Shown: positions 46,755 to 57,317 of the stretch, piece by piece
Numbering within the stretch: the first letter of the stretch is position 1
Layout of the letters: the number at the start of each line of letters is the position of its first letter
NCBI GenBank assembly: GCA_041752695.1
Contig: JBGSVZ010000042.1
Location: forward strand, 22,064 to 86,063
Direction of reading: 5' to 3'
From: Terrimicrobiaceae bacterium
GTDB lineage: Bacteria > Verrucomicrobiota > Verrucomicrobiia > Chthoniobacterales > Terrimicrobiaceae
Length of the DNA: 64,000 bases
Program-made: the position numbers and the translations under genes
Notes under the pieces: model-generated
The model's input: the letters and a program-made list of their open reading frames with translations, nothing else
Databases searched by the model: none
Told to the model about the DNA's origin: nothing

Positions 46755-47474
46755 ATGAAAACTTTTGGTCTTCCTGCGGAGCTCCGTCATGCGAAGGGTA
46801 AGGCGCTCAATGTCGCCAACACGGAACGCGCCCTTTCTGCCGTCGGAGGACTTTTGCTGGCTGGATATGGAATCAGGCGGCGAGACGGGACCACGCCATT
46901 GCTTCTCCTCCTTGGAGGGCTGCTCGCCCGCAGGGCTCTTTCCGGTAAATGCGAGGTGTATCAGCACTTCGGAATCGACACCGCCCACTTGCAGGGAAAG
47001 GCCGGTGTCCCGGGCAACAAAGGACTCCGGGTGGAAAGGTCGATCGCCGTAAATCTCTCGCCGGCCACGGTTTTCAGCTACTGGCGGAATTTGGAAAATC
47101 TCCCGCTCTTTATGCCCCACATCCTCTCTGTGGAGCGCACCGAAGACGGCATTTCCCATTGGAAAGTTGAGGGGCCCGCGGGCATTCCCTTGCAGTGGGA
47201 TGCTGAGATCATCAACGAACAACCCGGCAAACTGCTAGCCTGGCAATCGCTGCCCGGTTCCCTGGTGCAAAATGCCGGCACGGTGCGCTTTATTCCGGAC
47301 TCCTCAGGCGATGGCACGGTGGTCACGGTCGTTCTTCAATACCATCCCCCGGGGGGAAGGCTGGGCGCAGCGGTCGCGGCCATTTTTGGCGAATTGCCGG
47401 AGGAGCAGCTCGAAGCCGATCTCGAGCGCTTCCGCGACTGGATTGAAGCGGAACCCACCATCCTACCGCCCTGA
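46755..47474 (+). CDS. DUF2892 + SRPBCC (cyclase/dehydrase) protein
   Basis: YWRNLENLP.FM, SHW, WDAEI, LAWQSLPGS, Y.PPGG. Confidence 0.88.
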   Translation: MKTFGLPAELRHAKGKALNVANTERALSAVGGLLLAGYGIRRRDGTTPLLLLLGGLLARRALSGKCEVYQHFGIDTAHLQGKAGVPGNKGLRVERSIAVNLSPATVFSYWRNLENLPLFMPHILSVERTEDGISHWKVEGPAGIPLQWDAEIINEQPGKLLAWQSLPGSLVQNAGTVRFIPDSSGDGTVVTVVLQYHPPGGRLGAAVAAIFGELPEEQLEADLERFRDWIEAEPTILPP

Positions 47475-47485
47475 AAACGTCTCCG

Positions 47486-48439
47486 ATGTCCGCAGGTTTA
47501 GGACAACTTTTGAAGGAGGCGGCTTGGGGCTGGATCAATGACAACGCCAGCCGCCTGAGTGCGGCGCTGGCCTACTACTCCATTTTTTCCCTGGCCCCGC
47601 TCTTGATCATCGTGATGTTTGTCGTGGCGATGGTTTTCGGAGCAGATGCCGCTGATGGCACGGTGTATGATCAACTTTCCGCCCTCTTGGGCTCGCAGGT
47701 CGCAGAAACTGTCCAGACGTGGATTCGAGCGACGAATGCCAATTCCCGGTCTGGGTGGATCGCCACGTCGATTGGTGTGGCCGTGTTGCTTTTTGGCGCA
47801 ACGACCGTTTTTACCGAGCTGAAAAATGCCCTCAACACCATCTGGGGCGTGGAGGTGCGATCCGGCAGGGCGATCCGCACCGTGCTGCGCGATCGCATCC
47901 TGAGTTTCTCCATGGTGCTGGGCGTGGGATTTCTTCTCTTAGTCTCCATGATAGTCAGCGCCGGCCTAGCGGGAGTGAGCGCGTTTATGTCATCCACCCT
48001 CGCCCTGCCATCGACGGTGTGGCAGGTGACGGACTTTTTTGTGTCACTTCTCGTCACGGGTCTGCTTTTTGCCATGATCTTCAAGGTCCTCCCCAATGTC
48101 ATCCTGGATTGGCAGGACGTCGCGGCGGGCGGTCTGATTACGGCGCTACTCTTCAACATTGGCAAGGCCGGCATCGCCATGTACCTCACCTCCGGGAGTG
48201 TGGCTTCGAGCTTCGGCGCGGCGGGCATCGTGGTGATCATTTTACTCTGGGTCTACTACGCCACCAGCATCCTGTTTTTCGGCGCGGAATTCACCAAAGC
48301 CTGGGTGCGAAACCGGGTGGGTCACATCACACCGCACCGCCGGGCGTATTTAGTGAGCGAGGGGGAGGAGATTCCGGCGAAGGACGCCGTGAAGGTGGAG
48401 ACGGGGACAGCAAAATTGGAGGGGCAGCCTCCCGTTTGA
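47486..48439 (+). CDS. YihY/virulence factor BrkB family membrane protein
   Basis: SAALAYYSIFSLAP, ALNTIW, FGAAG...LLWVYY...FGAE. Confidence 0.92.
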   Translation: MSAGLGQLLKEAAWGWINDNASRLSAALAYYSIFSLAPLLIIVMFVVAMVFGADAADGTVYDQLSALLGSQVAETVQTWIRATNANSRSGWIATSIGVAVLLFGATTVFTELKNALNTIWGVEVRSGRAIRTVLRDRILSFSMVLGVGFLLLVSMIVSAGLAGVSAFMSSTLALPSTVWQVTDFFVSLLVTGLLFAMIFKVLPNVILDWQDVAAGGLITALLFNIGKAGIAMYLTSGSVASSFGAAGIVVIILLWVYYATSILFFGAEFTKAWVRNRVGHITPHRRAYLVSEGEEIPAKDAVKVETGTAKLEGQPPV

Positions 48440-48467
48440 CACCGAGCCTGCGACCGGTTCTAAACAT

Positions 48468-50558
48468 TCAAAACGCCACCCCGATGGCAAACTGGAGGGC
48501 GCCTGGCGCCTCGCCGTCCCGTGGTGAGGGATTGACCCCGTAATCCAGCCGGATCGCACCGATGGGAAGATTATAGCGCAGCCCTGCACCGACAGCATAA
48601 CGCATGTCGTCGATGCCAAAATTGCGCGCCTCCGAGACCACATTACCCGCATCCACAAAAACCGCTCCAAAGAGATCCCCAATGATCGGGAAGGTATATT
48701 CGATATTAAAGACGGTGAACCCCTGCCCGCCCAGTGGGTAGCCCTGCCGGTCACGGGGCCCGAGAGTCAACTCCGCGAAGCTGCGTACGGTATTGGCACC
48801 ACCGTTAAAGAACCGCTCGTCAATCGGCAGGCCGGCATCGTTGAGCGGTGCGATGACGCCAGCGCGCGCCCCGAGCGAGAGGGTGGATTTTGCGGTGATC
48901 GGAATGTAATACGACAAGGCCCCGAGACCCCGGACAAACGCCACATCCCCGATCCCGTTTGGCGCGACCTCTACCGAACTGGTGAAAAGCAACCCACTGG
49001 TAGGCAGTACCGTGTTGTTGCGCAAATCGAACGTCTGACCGAAGCCGATGGAAGCCACCGTGTATTCCGTCCGGCCGACCAGACTCGACGGCTCGATTTC
49101 GACTTCACTGATGGAAACGTGCTTTGCCCGTAAGAAACCCGAGACGCTCCAGTGTTTGGTCAGCCATCGGCTTAGGGTGGGCTGGAAACCAAACTCGTTC
49201 TTGGTGTAGCCTCGGAGGATGGAGTTCACTCCGTAAAGCCGCAGGCGCAGTTGGTAGTCACTCTCAAAGAGCCACGGATCGGTGTAAACCACCTCGCCGT
49301 TAAAGCCGCGCTGATTGACCTCGGCGTTGACGCTAAACGGACGCCCACTCCGAAAAAAATTCAGATCACGGTAGGTCGCACTGACCATTCCGCCAAAAAA
49401 GCTGGCATACCCCAAGCCAACGCCGAACTCCTTGGGTTTAGCTTCCTCCACCGTTACATCGAGCCGCACCCTGCCCTCTCCCGCCGCTTCCGGGGTGATG
49501 CGGACATTGCGGAAGAGTCCCGTCTGGATGAGTTCTTTGAAAGTTTTGTCGATCAGCTTGGGGTTGTATGTTTTTCCCTGCAGGCGGGCGAGGCGCTGTT
49601 CGATAAACAAAGGTTTCACCCCCTCGGTGCCGGCAACGGTGACCCCTTCAAACTGGAAAATCCCGCCGGACTCAATCTGGATCGTCACGGGCACAAGCCC
49701 CCCTCGCGCAGCGTCCCGGTTCCCGCTGGCAGTTACCGCCGCCTGAAAATAGCCGCGTTTCTCGAAACGACCCTCCAGCGCCCGCTGGGCCGCCGCCAGC
49801 CTTCCGTCCGTAAAGACATCTTTCGTTTGCTCCGCGATCACCTTGAGTAACTCGTCACGCGGAAAAACCAGGTCGCCGAGGAGTTGGATGGTGCCAAACC
49901 GATATTGCGTGCCTTCCCGAATGCGCACAATGACATCAGCCACAGTGGCATCTGCGTTGTAGGTAATCTCCGGCGGCTCGACTATGGCATCAAGAAACCC
50001 CTCGGCCGCATAAAGACGACGCACAAGGTCCGCGCCACTAAAGATATCCGCCTCCACAAATGGCAGCTGCGTGTCCTGACGGATGCGAGGGAAACGTTCG
50101 CGAATCGGACCAAGCAGGTATTTGCTAATCGTCGCCACATCAAAGCCCGTGTTGCCTTCGATGCGAATTGTCCCCACCCGGGCCAACGGACCTTCTGTAA
50201 TGGCGAGCTGTAATTCCCAAGGTCCCACGATTCGGGATACCACCTCCACGCTGGCATAACCCTGACGCCGGTAAAAAACCTCCAGAAAATACGCCGCGTC
50301 ATAGGCCCCCGGTTCGTCGAGTCCATATTCCTCGATGGACTGGATTTGACGCCCGATGCCATCCCGCAGTTGCTGGGGCCGGAAAACACCTTCTCCCGAG
50401 AACACCACCGTCAATTTGCCATTGAGCGGTGCTTTCGGCGCTTCGCCCACGGGGGGAAGGGAGTCGGGGGCAAAGCGCTGCTCGCGCTCCGGCGGCGAAT
50501 CGTTTTGCGCGAGCACCGACCCGGCCAGGAGAAAAACTAAGAGGATATGCCGGTTCAT
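48468..50558 (-). CDS. Omp85 family outer-membrane protein (TamA/BamA-like)
   Basis: POTRA-like repeats, ERFFNGGANTVRSF, FVDAGNV, GAGLRY..PIG.IRLD, terminal F. Confidence 0.9.
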   Translation of the reverse strand: MNRHILLVFLLAGSVLAQNDSPPEREQRFAPDSLPPVGEAPKAPLNGKLTVVFSGEGVFRPQQLRDGIGRQIQSIEEYGLDEPGAYDAAYFLEVFYRRQGYASVEVVSRIVGPWELQLAITEGPLARVGTIRIEGNTGFDVATISKYLLGPIRERFPRIRQDTQLPFVEADIFSGADLVRRLYAAEGFLDAIVEPPEITYNADATVADVIVRIREGTQYRFGTIQLLGDLVFPRDELLKVIAEQTKDVFTDGRLAAAQRALEGRFEKRGYFQAAVTASGNRDAARGGLVPVTIQIESGGIFQFEGVTVAGTEGVKPLFIEQRLARLQGKTYNPKLIDKTFKELIQTGLFRNVRITPEAAGEGRVRLDVTVEEAKPKEFGVGLGYASFFGGMVSATYRDLNFFRSGRPFSVNAEVNQRGFNGEVVYTDPWLFESDYQLRLRLYGVNSILRGYTKNEFGFQPTLSRWLTKHWSVSGFLRAKHVSISEVEIEPSSLVGRTEYTVASIGFGQTFDLRNNTVLPTSGLLFTSSVEVAPNGIGDVAFVRGLGALSYYIPITAKSTLSLGARAGVIAPLNDAGLPIDERFFNGGANTVRSFAELTLGPRDRQGYPLGGQGFTVFNIEYTFPIIGDLFGAVFVDAGNVVSEARNFGIDDMRYAVGAGLRYNLPIGAIRLDYGVNPSPRDGEAPGALQFAIGVAF

Positions 50559-53500
50559 TTGAAGCGGATGAGATATTTGACCTGGCCTTGAAAATTTCCC
50601 CCGACATCGAGGCCGCCCATCAGGACAACATTTTCCGAAAGCGGAATGCCAAGAGTGGTCGACTGGCGGCCGGTCTTGGGGTCGGTGACTCCAATGTCAA
50701 AGCGAATGCGGCTGAGAAAATCATCGTTTTCCGGCGGCGGCCTATTGCGGCGAAAAACACTCTGGTAGGCCCGTTGAAACAAGAGAACGGCAGCGCGACC
50801 GGCGATCGCATTGGGATCCCGCGACAGTTCGGTGGTGGTCAATCCAGTCGCGAGCAGCGACACAACTTCAGCCTGTGGCAGCGGCGGATCGCTGGAGAAC
50901 ACCGCTTCCGGCGCGGTCACCGGTCCACTGATAAAGACGGACACGCTGTAATCCCGCACGGTCGAAGTTCCGCGCAGATTAAGCTGCGGGAGAAACGGCT
51001 GGTTGCGGGTAAAAAACACCTGGCCATCTGCGATTTGCAACCGACTAAAGGGGAGCGACGCGGTGAGTTGCTCGATGTTGACCGTGCCTTCCAACCAGGG
51101 ATCCATGCCGGTGCCTCCGAATTTCAAGTCCATCACGATCCGGCCATTAGCCAGATTGCTTTGCACCAGAAACGGATCCAGGGTCTTGACGGTAACATCA
51201 AACTTCCAGTCCCGGAGCGGGGGATCACGCAAGCTCACCACCACGGGCGGGCCTGGCGGCTGCGGCGCGGGGCGACCCGGCAGGCCAATGGGCAGGATGT
51301 CGATGTTGCGGAAAAACCGACTGCGTGTCACCCAAACCGTTCCCTCCACCAATGCCGTGTTGAGCGGACCAGTGACCCGCAGGTCACTGGAAGCGCGCAC
51401 GGTCATATCGTCGTTTTGCAAAAAGAGCGCATTGCGCGCGCCCACGGCGAGATTGAGCACAGGATTGTCCAGTCGCTCGAAGATCACATTGCCCGAAGCC
51501 GCAAAATTCCCGCCCCCGAGCACGCCCGAGCAGCGGGTGACCCTGACCCTGTTGCCCGCGAAATCCAACCGCAGCGCCACCGCATTGATGGCCGGAACAT
51601 TCGGGTCGGCAAAACGCAGCGCGCTGATATCCCCCGTCACATCCCCCGAAAGGTCAGGCACGGCCACCGTGCCTCTCACCCGCACGTTCGCCGCCAAATG
51701 ACCCCGACTGGCGCGGATCGCCGGGACGAGGGTTGCCACAAAATCGGTCGAGGAGCGCGGCAACGAAATTGTCAGGTCCACCGGCGTTGCAGGATCGAAG
51801 GATTGCCGGGCTTTGATGGCCGCAACATCCATCGGGAGCTCACCCGTGATGCGCAGCGGTTCAATCAGTTTCTGCCGCACCGTGCCGTCGATATAGAGTC
51901 GGTCGTTCTCGCGAAGATCAAGGTCCACCGAGATCTCGGTCGGTGCAACGTCCGACAGCGCGGCGGAACGCAGGTTCGTCACCCGCAGGGCAAACTGCCC
52001 GAGCAAGTCGTCGATCGTCCCGCGGGCCGTGAGGGAAAAATTGGCCCGCCCGGTCACCGGCGGATCCTTGCGTCCGAAATTGCGCGCCAGCCCGGCCAGA
52101 TCTAGCTCGGTGCTGCGCAGGTTGAGAGTGAGCGGTTCGTTGGCAGGCAGCAGGGCGTTGAGATCCCGGGCCTTCGCGAGATGAACCGGCAGGTCGAGAT
52201 CGCCGGTGAGCAGGGTCGTCTTTTGCTGACGCACCGCAAGATGGGAAACCCACAGGCGGTTCTCTTTCCAAAAAAGCGAAAATGCCGCATCACCCAGGGG
52301 ACCCGCGGAAGCGGTGAAGTCCGGAATATTCAGATAGTCCCCTGCGTAGGACGCGTTGAAGTTCGCCGCGAGGTTCTTGTTTTCCCCCACCCGGCCGCCC
52401 GTCAGGGACACGGTTGCATTGCCTTGATGCACCGGCGTCCGTGAGTCTCCCTGACCCTTCCACACCAGCGTGAGCGCGCCGCCAAGATCAGGCACATCTG
52501 GCGGCAGGACGGGACGAAAGACTGCCAGATCCTTCAGTTGGACATCAAGTTGCCCGTGATACACCAGGGCCTCGCCAAATTGCACGTCACCGCCACCCCG
52601 GATGTGATTGGCATCATCGAGCACCACCTCGAGTTCCGAAACGTTGGCCCGGTTATCCGCGACCTCCGACCGAACTTTCAGACTGCGAACCGGCAAGCCG
52701 TTAAAGTCGATCCCCGAGCCATCCGCCGCGAGCGACCCGGTGAGTTTTTTATCCCGAAGCTGCACCTGGCCTCCCAGCACCACCGTTCCCTTCAGAAGCG
52801 CCCCGCTCTGCGGTCCGACAAAGGCGCTGAGGTCGGGGGCCTCCACCGAAAAATTGCCGCCCGCCGGCTGCGCATCCCAAGACTGAAAATCCGCCGGCAG
52901 CACGTAGGTGCCAGTCGCCGCGACGTGGTTGGCGCCCTTGGCCAGGCGTAGATGTTCCAACTTCACCTCCGCGCCCGCCGAGGACACAAGAATCCCCACC
53001 GCCTCAGCCTCGTAGCCCGCGCTGCGCACCCGGGCTACCCCGCCTTCCAGCCGCGTGGTCAATCCCTCGAACACCGGCACCTCCCTGCCAAGGGTAAGGT
53101 CTTTTTCGGCATCAAGAACGAAATGCGTCTGCGAAAAGTCCGCCTGCGCCGCCGAGAGTTCCAGCGCATCAAGGGTCGTGCGGCTTTTCAGCAGGCCATC
53201 GGCGAGGGTGAAATCCGTTATCACCGACAAATCGCCGATCACCACCTCCGGCATAAAAAACGTCAGCCGCTCCGCCTCCGGAACCGACAACTCGATCCGG
53301 CCCGTCGCATTGGTGCGGACAAATTGATCAAACTTTTCCGGCAGGTCGCCCGTCGCTTTGAAAAGGAGAGCATTCCTTTCATCGAACTGATTCCGCGCGG
53401 TCACCTCCCCCTGGCCCGCCGCCAGCGTGGCCGCCAGCGTGGTATCGCCGACGCGCATCTTTTGCACCACCACATCGCCCACCTCCGCCTTGATCTCACC

Positions 53501-54388
53501 CGTCCAAACCTTTGGCTGGTCCGGCGCTCCCGTGAAATTGACCGACAGCACACTCAATGTCCCTTGAAACGGAGGAGCCGTGTTGAGATATCGCCACACC
53601 GCATCGAACGCGAGCCCGGTCACCGTGGCTTGGAGCGTGACATGATTCGAGGCATTCAGGTCCGTTACCGCGGCCGTGACTTTTACCGGTGCCTCAAAAA
53701 ACGTCCCATCCAGAGCCACTCCCAATTTCGCATCCTCGAGCTCCGTCATATTGAGATTAAACTCCCGCAAGGCAATCTCCCGACCGATTAACAAATCCGT
53801 CAGCACCAGGTTCCGGTCGCGGTAGGTCGTGGATGCGGCGATCTCCGTCCACCGCCGCACGCCGGGGATGTCGAGCGTCTGGATCTTCAGCACCCCTGGG
53901 CGGTCGGGCAGCAGGCTGAACGAGAGACCTTCCAACACCGTGTCTCCGGAGGCGGCATGAATTTGCACATTGATATTGCTCAGATTGAGCATCGCCGGAA
54001 AAAGCGCGGGAAATTTGAACGCCTGGCGTTCGGCTTCCTTTTCCGCCGGGAGAGGTTCGGCGGGCGTGAGTTCCAGATAAAGATCCCTGACTTCCAGCTC
54101 GCGCAGAAAGGCCGGGAGCCCCTTCCTCGCCAGATCCCAGAGACTGTATTGCAAATTAATCGTTCCGATCTCCAGACGTTGAATGGGGCCGGGTTCCGTA
54201 GGGGTGGCTTTTAGAGAGACCACCGAAAGGCGCGTAAAAATGGACCCGCTCATTTCGTAGTCGATGTTCAGGTTCTGTTGCTTGGCCGCACGCAGAATGA
54301 AATACCGCGTCGCTTCAAAAAAGATCGGCCGGTGAAAAGCCGTCAGCAGGCCAAGGAAGATCAAAGCCCCCCAAAGAACACGCCGCAC
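50555..54388 (-). CDS. TamB-like translocation/assembly module protein
   Basis: 1277 aa, N-terminal TM, beta-rich body, FSSDPPLPQAEVVSLLATG C-terminal motif; coupled to the Omp85 gene. Confidence 0.85.
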   Translation of the reverse strand: MRRVLWGALIFLGLLTAFHRPIFFEATRYFILRAAKQQNLNIDYEMSGSIFTRLSVVSLKATPTEPGPIQRLEIGTINLQYSLWDLARKGLPAFLRELEVRDLYLELTPAEPLPAEKEAERQAFKFPALFPAMLNLSNINVQIHAASGDTVLEGLSFSLLPDRPGVLKIQTLDIPGVRRWTEIAASTTYRDRNLVLTDLLIGREIALREFNLNMTELEDAKLGVALDGTFFEAPVKVTAAVTDLNASNHVTLQATVTGLAFDAVWRYLNTAPPFQGTLSVLSVNFTGAPDQPKVWTGEIKAEVGDVVVQKMRVGDTTLAATLAAGQGEVTARNQFDERNALLFKATGDLPEKFDQFVRTNATGRIELSVPEAERLTFFMPEVVIGDLSVITDFTLADGLLKSRTTLDALELSAAQADFSQTHFVLDAEKDLTLGREVPVFEGLTTRLEGGVARVRSAGYEAEAVGILVSSAGAEVKLEHLRLAKGANHVAATGTYVLPADFQSWDAQPAGGNFSVEAPDLSAFVGPQSGALLKGTVVLGGQVQLRDKKLTGSLAADGSGIDFNGLPVRSLKVRSEVADNRANVSELEVVLDDANHIRGGGDVQFGEALVYHGQLDVQLKDLAVFRPVLPPDVPDLGGALTLVWKGQGDSRTPVHQGNATVSLTGGRVGENKNLAANFNASYAGDYLNIPDFTASAGPLGDAAFSLFWKENRLWVSHLAVRQQKTTLLTGDLDLPVHLAKARDLNALLPANEPLTLNLRSTELDLAGLARNFGRKDPPVTGRANFSLTARGTIDDLLGQFALRVTNLRSAALSDVAPTEISVDLDLRENDRLYIDGTVRQKLIEPLRITGELPMDVAAIKARQSFDPATPVDLTISLPRSSTDFVATLVPAIRASRGHLAANVRVRGTVAVPDLSGDVTGDISALRFADPNVPAINAVALRLDFAGNRVRVTRCSGVLGGGNFAASGNVIFERLDNPVLNLAVGARNALFLQNDDMTVRASSDLRVTGPLNTALVEGTVWVTRSRFFRNIDILPIGLPGRPAPQPPGPPVVVSLRDPPLRDWKFDVTVKTLDPFLVQSNLANGRIVMDLKFGGTGMDPWLEGTVNIEQLTASLPFSRLQIADGQVFFTRNQPFLPQLNLRGTSTVRDYSVSVFISGPVTAPEAVFSSDPPLPQAEVVSLLATGLTTTELSRDPNAIAGRAAVLLFQRAYQSVFRRNRPPPENDDFLSRIRFDIGVTDPKTGRQSTTLGIPLSENVVLMGGLDVGGNFQGQVKYLIRFK

Positions 54389-54503
54389 CCACCGTCGTTT
54401 CCGACGAGGCGGGGGCTCAGCTACGGGTTGGGAATTTTCTTCAGACAGAACGGCTGTATTCGCACAAAACCCCCGGAATGCGCGTCAATAATTTTAACGC
54501 TGA

Positions 54504-54782
54504 TCAGGAATTCTTCGGCTTTTCCGCACCAGCCGGTGACTCAAGAAACTCCCCGATCAGCCCTTCAAGCAGTTCATTTGGGGTGTTGGCCTCCACCGCG
54601 ACTTCCACCACATTGCGCTCATCCGGCCCCGGCTTCTCCAACACCTCCGGCGGCTGCCAGGCTTCGAGTCCCTTGTCGCCCAGGAAACCCAGGAAAGCCG
54701 TGGCCAGATCGCGCTCGACGTGGAAGGTCGGGAGCGACTGCTCGTGCGTCGTGGGGAAAAGAACAATTTTTTGGGTCTGCAT
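54504..54782 (-). CDS. Hypothetical protein
   Basis: 92-aa acidic ORF (MQTQKIVLF...) in the gap, co-oriented with its neighbours. Confidence 0.55.
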   Translation of the reverse strand: MQTQKIVLFPTTHEQSLPTFHVERDLATAFLGFLGDKGLEAWQPPEVLEKPGPDERNVVEVAVEANTPNELLEGLIGEFLESPAGAEKPKNS

Positions 54783-54899
54783 GTTTCTTGATCGCAGCCC
54801 GACTACCCGCCGCGTGTCCAAGGATAAGATCCGAGGCAACGAAAAGAGGATTTTACAGAAGCAGACATAGATAACGAAGGCAGGTTGGCTAACTCCCGA

Positions 54900-55820
54900 T
54901 CACCCGCCCGCCGCCCGGCGGGCCGTCTCGCAGACCTGATCCACGGTGGAGGCCAGTGCGTTGAGCAGCGCTTGCAACGAATCGGAGGTCCGACCCCGCT
55001 GCCAGACGATGAGAAAATCCCACGTTGCCCAGGCGTCGGAGAGCGGCACCATGACCACTCCGGCGGTGGAGAGCGATGTGAGGTAACCCGGGGCAAGAGC
55101 CACCATGCCCTCCCCGCTGACGAGGGAAAACATTTCGTTGATGCTCTCGCCGCGCTGCATGAAACGCGGACGAAATCCCACGCGACGGCAGAGTTGCACC
55201 ACCCAGCGGTCGCGTCCGGGCATGTCCTCTTCCGGCGCACTTACGAAACGTTCTTCCCGCAACGCCGAGAGGGGAATTTTTTTTCGGCGGGACAGTGGGT
55301 GGTCGTCGGGCAAAACCGCCACGACCGACATGGTCGCAAGTTTCCGGGTGTAGAATTCCCGGGAGGCCAGCGCGCCTTCCTGTCCGGTCACCGCCAGATC
55401 AATCTCCCCCTTGCGCAGGGCGGCGATTTGCTCGCCCGGAGAGAGGTCGAGGAGTTTCACCTTCACCTCAGGATGAGAACGCCGCAGGTCGGCCAGCGAA
55501 GGATTGAAAAACGCTTGGGTCGCTGAGCCCAGATATCCGACACGCAGAAGGTCCCGCTGCCCCCGGGCCAGACGACGTGCCTCCGCCACGGCGGTGTCGA
55601 CCTGCGACAAAACTCCCGGAAGAGATGCGGCCAGCGCATGCCCCGCGGCCGTGGCTCTGACACCGGTCGTCGTGCGTTCCAGCAAAGCCCCGCCGATGGC
55701 AGTTTCCAGATTCTGCATCTGACGGGAGAGAGCGGATTGTGACATCCGCATCCGGGATGCGGCGCGGTTAAGACTCCCCTCCTCCAGGGCAACGAGAAAC
55801 ATTCGCAGCTGTTCGAGCAT
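54900..55820 (-). CDS. LysR-family transcriptional regulator
   Basis: LEQLRMF...EEGSLNRAA..MSQSALSRQ HTH. Confidence 0.95.
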   Translation of the reverse strand: MLEQLRMFLVALEEGSLNRAASRMRMSQSALSRQMQNLETAIGGALLERTTTGVRATAAGHALAASLPGVLSQVDTAVAEARRLARGQRDLLRVGYLGSATQAFFNPSLADLRRSHPEVKVKLLDLSPGEQIAALRKGEIDLAVTGQEGALASREFYTRKLATMSVVAVLPDDHPLSRRKKIPLSALREERFVSAPEEDMPGRDRWVVQLCRRVGFRPRFMQRGESINEMFSLVSGEGMVALAPGYLTSLSTAGVVMVPLSDAWATWDFLIVWQRGRTSDSLQALLNALASTVDQVCETARRAAGG

Positions 55821-55831
55821 ACCCATTACGC

Positions 55832-55848
55832 TATGCGATAATCGCATA
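55832..55848. promoter_or_regulatory. LysR-type operator
   Basis: TATGCGAT-A-ATCGCATA perfect palindrome with T-N11-A core between lysR and the divergent doxX gene. Confidence 0.75.
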
Positions 55849-55905
55849 ACGGCAATCTCAAAGCAGCATTAGCACGGCTGCCTTGCGGCGGATAGGATCG
55901 GGGAA

Positions 55906-56364
55906 ATGAAAGTCATCCGCACTCTTCTCACCACCGACAACACCGTTTCGACTCTGCTTCTGCGCCTCGCGCTGGGGGCGGTCTTTTTTCCCCATGGCGC
56001 GCAGAAGGTGCTCGGCTGGTGGGGCGGCCATGGGTTCGGGGGCACAATGGGATTCATGACCGGGACGCTTCACATTCCCGCGCTTTTTGCCTTCCTCGCC
56101 ATCGCCGCGGAATTTGCCGGAGCCCTCGGGTTGATCGTGGGCCTCGGCACCCGGGTCGCCGCCTTCGGCATTGCCTCCGTGATGGCAGTGGCGATCACCA
56201 TGCACGCCGAACACGGATTCTTCATGAACTGGTTCGGCACCCAAAAAGGCGAAGGAATCGAATACCATCTCCTTGCCCTGGCCATGGCGCTCGCCCTCAT
56301 TCTCCGTGGCGGCGGCAAATGGTCTGCGGACGCAACGATCGTAACACTCCTTCCGAAACGCTAA
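55906..56364 (+). CDS. DoxX-family membrane protein
   Basis: LLRLALG..F.PHGAQK..GW.GG.G, GIEYHLL, GGGKWSAD. Confidence 0.92.
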   Translation: MKVIRTLLTTDNTVSTLLLRLALGAVFFPHGAQKVLGWWGGHGFGGTMGFMTGTLHIPALFAFLAIAAEFAGALGLIVGLGTRVAAFGIASVMAVAITMHAEHGFFMNWFGTQKGEGIEYHLLALAMALALILRGGGKWSADATIVTLLPKR

Positions 56365-56399
56365 GGGCTTTGCCCCTTGCCGCACAACTTTCCAAAGTT

Positions 56400-57317
56400 A
56401 TGAATCTCTCAGGCCTTCATCATGTCACCGCCATCGCCGGCGATCCGCAGCGCAACCTCGACTTCTACGCCGGCGTGCTGGGCCTCCGGTTGGTCAAGCG
56501 CACCGTCAACTTCGACGATCCCGGAAGTTATCATTTTTATTTCGGCGACGAGACCGGCTCGCCTGGCACGATCCTCACCTTTTTCCCGTGGCCAAACGCC
56601 CGCCGCGGTGTTCGCGGCACAGGAGAGGTGGCAGCCACCGCGTTTGCCGTTCCGAACAACGCCATCGGGCACTGGGTGGATCGCCTCAAGGCGCGGGGCA
56701 TCACGCCCGGAGCCGTGACCCAGAGGCTGGGCGAGGAAGTCCTTGGGTTCACCGATCCCGATGGCCTGATGCTCGAACTCGTCGCCTCCGAGCCCGTCTC
56801 CTCCGGGCGGTCCGTCGGAGGATTCCATGGCGTGACCGTCGCGCTCGACGAAGTGGGGCCTACGGCAAAAGTGCTCACCGAAACGTTCGGCTACCAGCTC
56901 ACGGCGCAGGAGGGAAACCGCTCCCGCTACTCCGCGGCGGGTGCGGCACCGGGGCGCCATGTCGACCTGCTTCATTTGCCCGACGTGGGTCCCGGACGTT
57001 CCGGCGCAGGTTCCGTTCATCACATCGCATTCCGCGTGCCGGATGACGACGCCCAAGCCGCCGCCCGTCGCACGATATCGGCGCTCGGGCATGGCGTAAG
57101 TCCGGTGATGGACCGCACGTATTTCCAGTCGATCTATTTCCGCGAGCCCGGCGGCGTGCTTTTCGAACTGGCAACGGATGGCCCAGGATTTGCGACCGAC
57201 GAAACACCGCAGGGCCTGGGTTTGGAACTCAAACTGCCTTCGTGGATGGAAAACTCACGCTCGCGCATCGAAGCGATCCTGCCCAAAATCCAACTTCCTG
57301 AAAGGAAAGTCGTATGA
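56400..57317 (+). CDS. Ring-cleaving dioxygenase (MhqO/MhqA-like, VOC family)
   Basis: GLHHVTA, KRTVNFDDP, PGTILTFF, VHHIAFR, DRTYFQSIYFREPGGVLFELAT. Confidence 0.93.
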   Translation: MNLSGLHHVTAIAGDPQRNLDFYAGVLGLRLVKRTVNFDDPGSYHFYFGDETGSPGTILTFFPWPNARRGVRGTGEVAATAFAVPNNAIGHWVDRLKARGITPGAVTQRLGEEVLGFTDPDGLMLELVASEPVSSGRSVGGFHGVTVALDEVGPTAKVLTETFGYQLTAQEGNRSRYSAAGAAPGRHVDLLHLPDVGPGRSGAGSVHHIAFRVPDDDAQAAARRTISALGHGVSPVMDRTYFQSIYFREPGGVLFELATDGPGFATDETPQGLGLELKLPSWMENSRSRIEAILPKIQLPERKVV

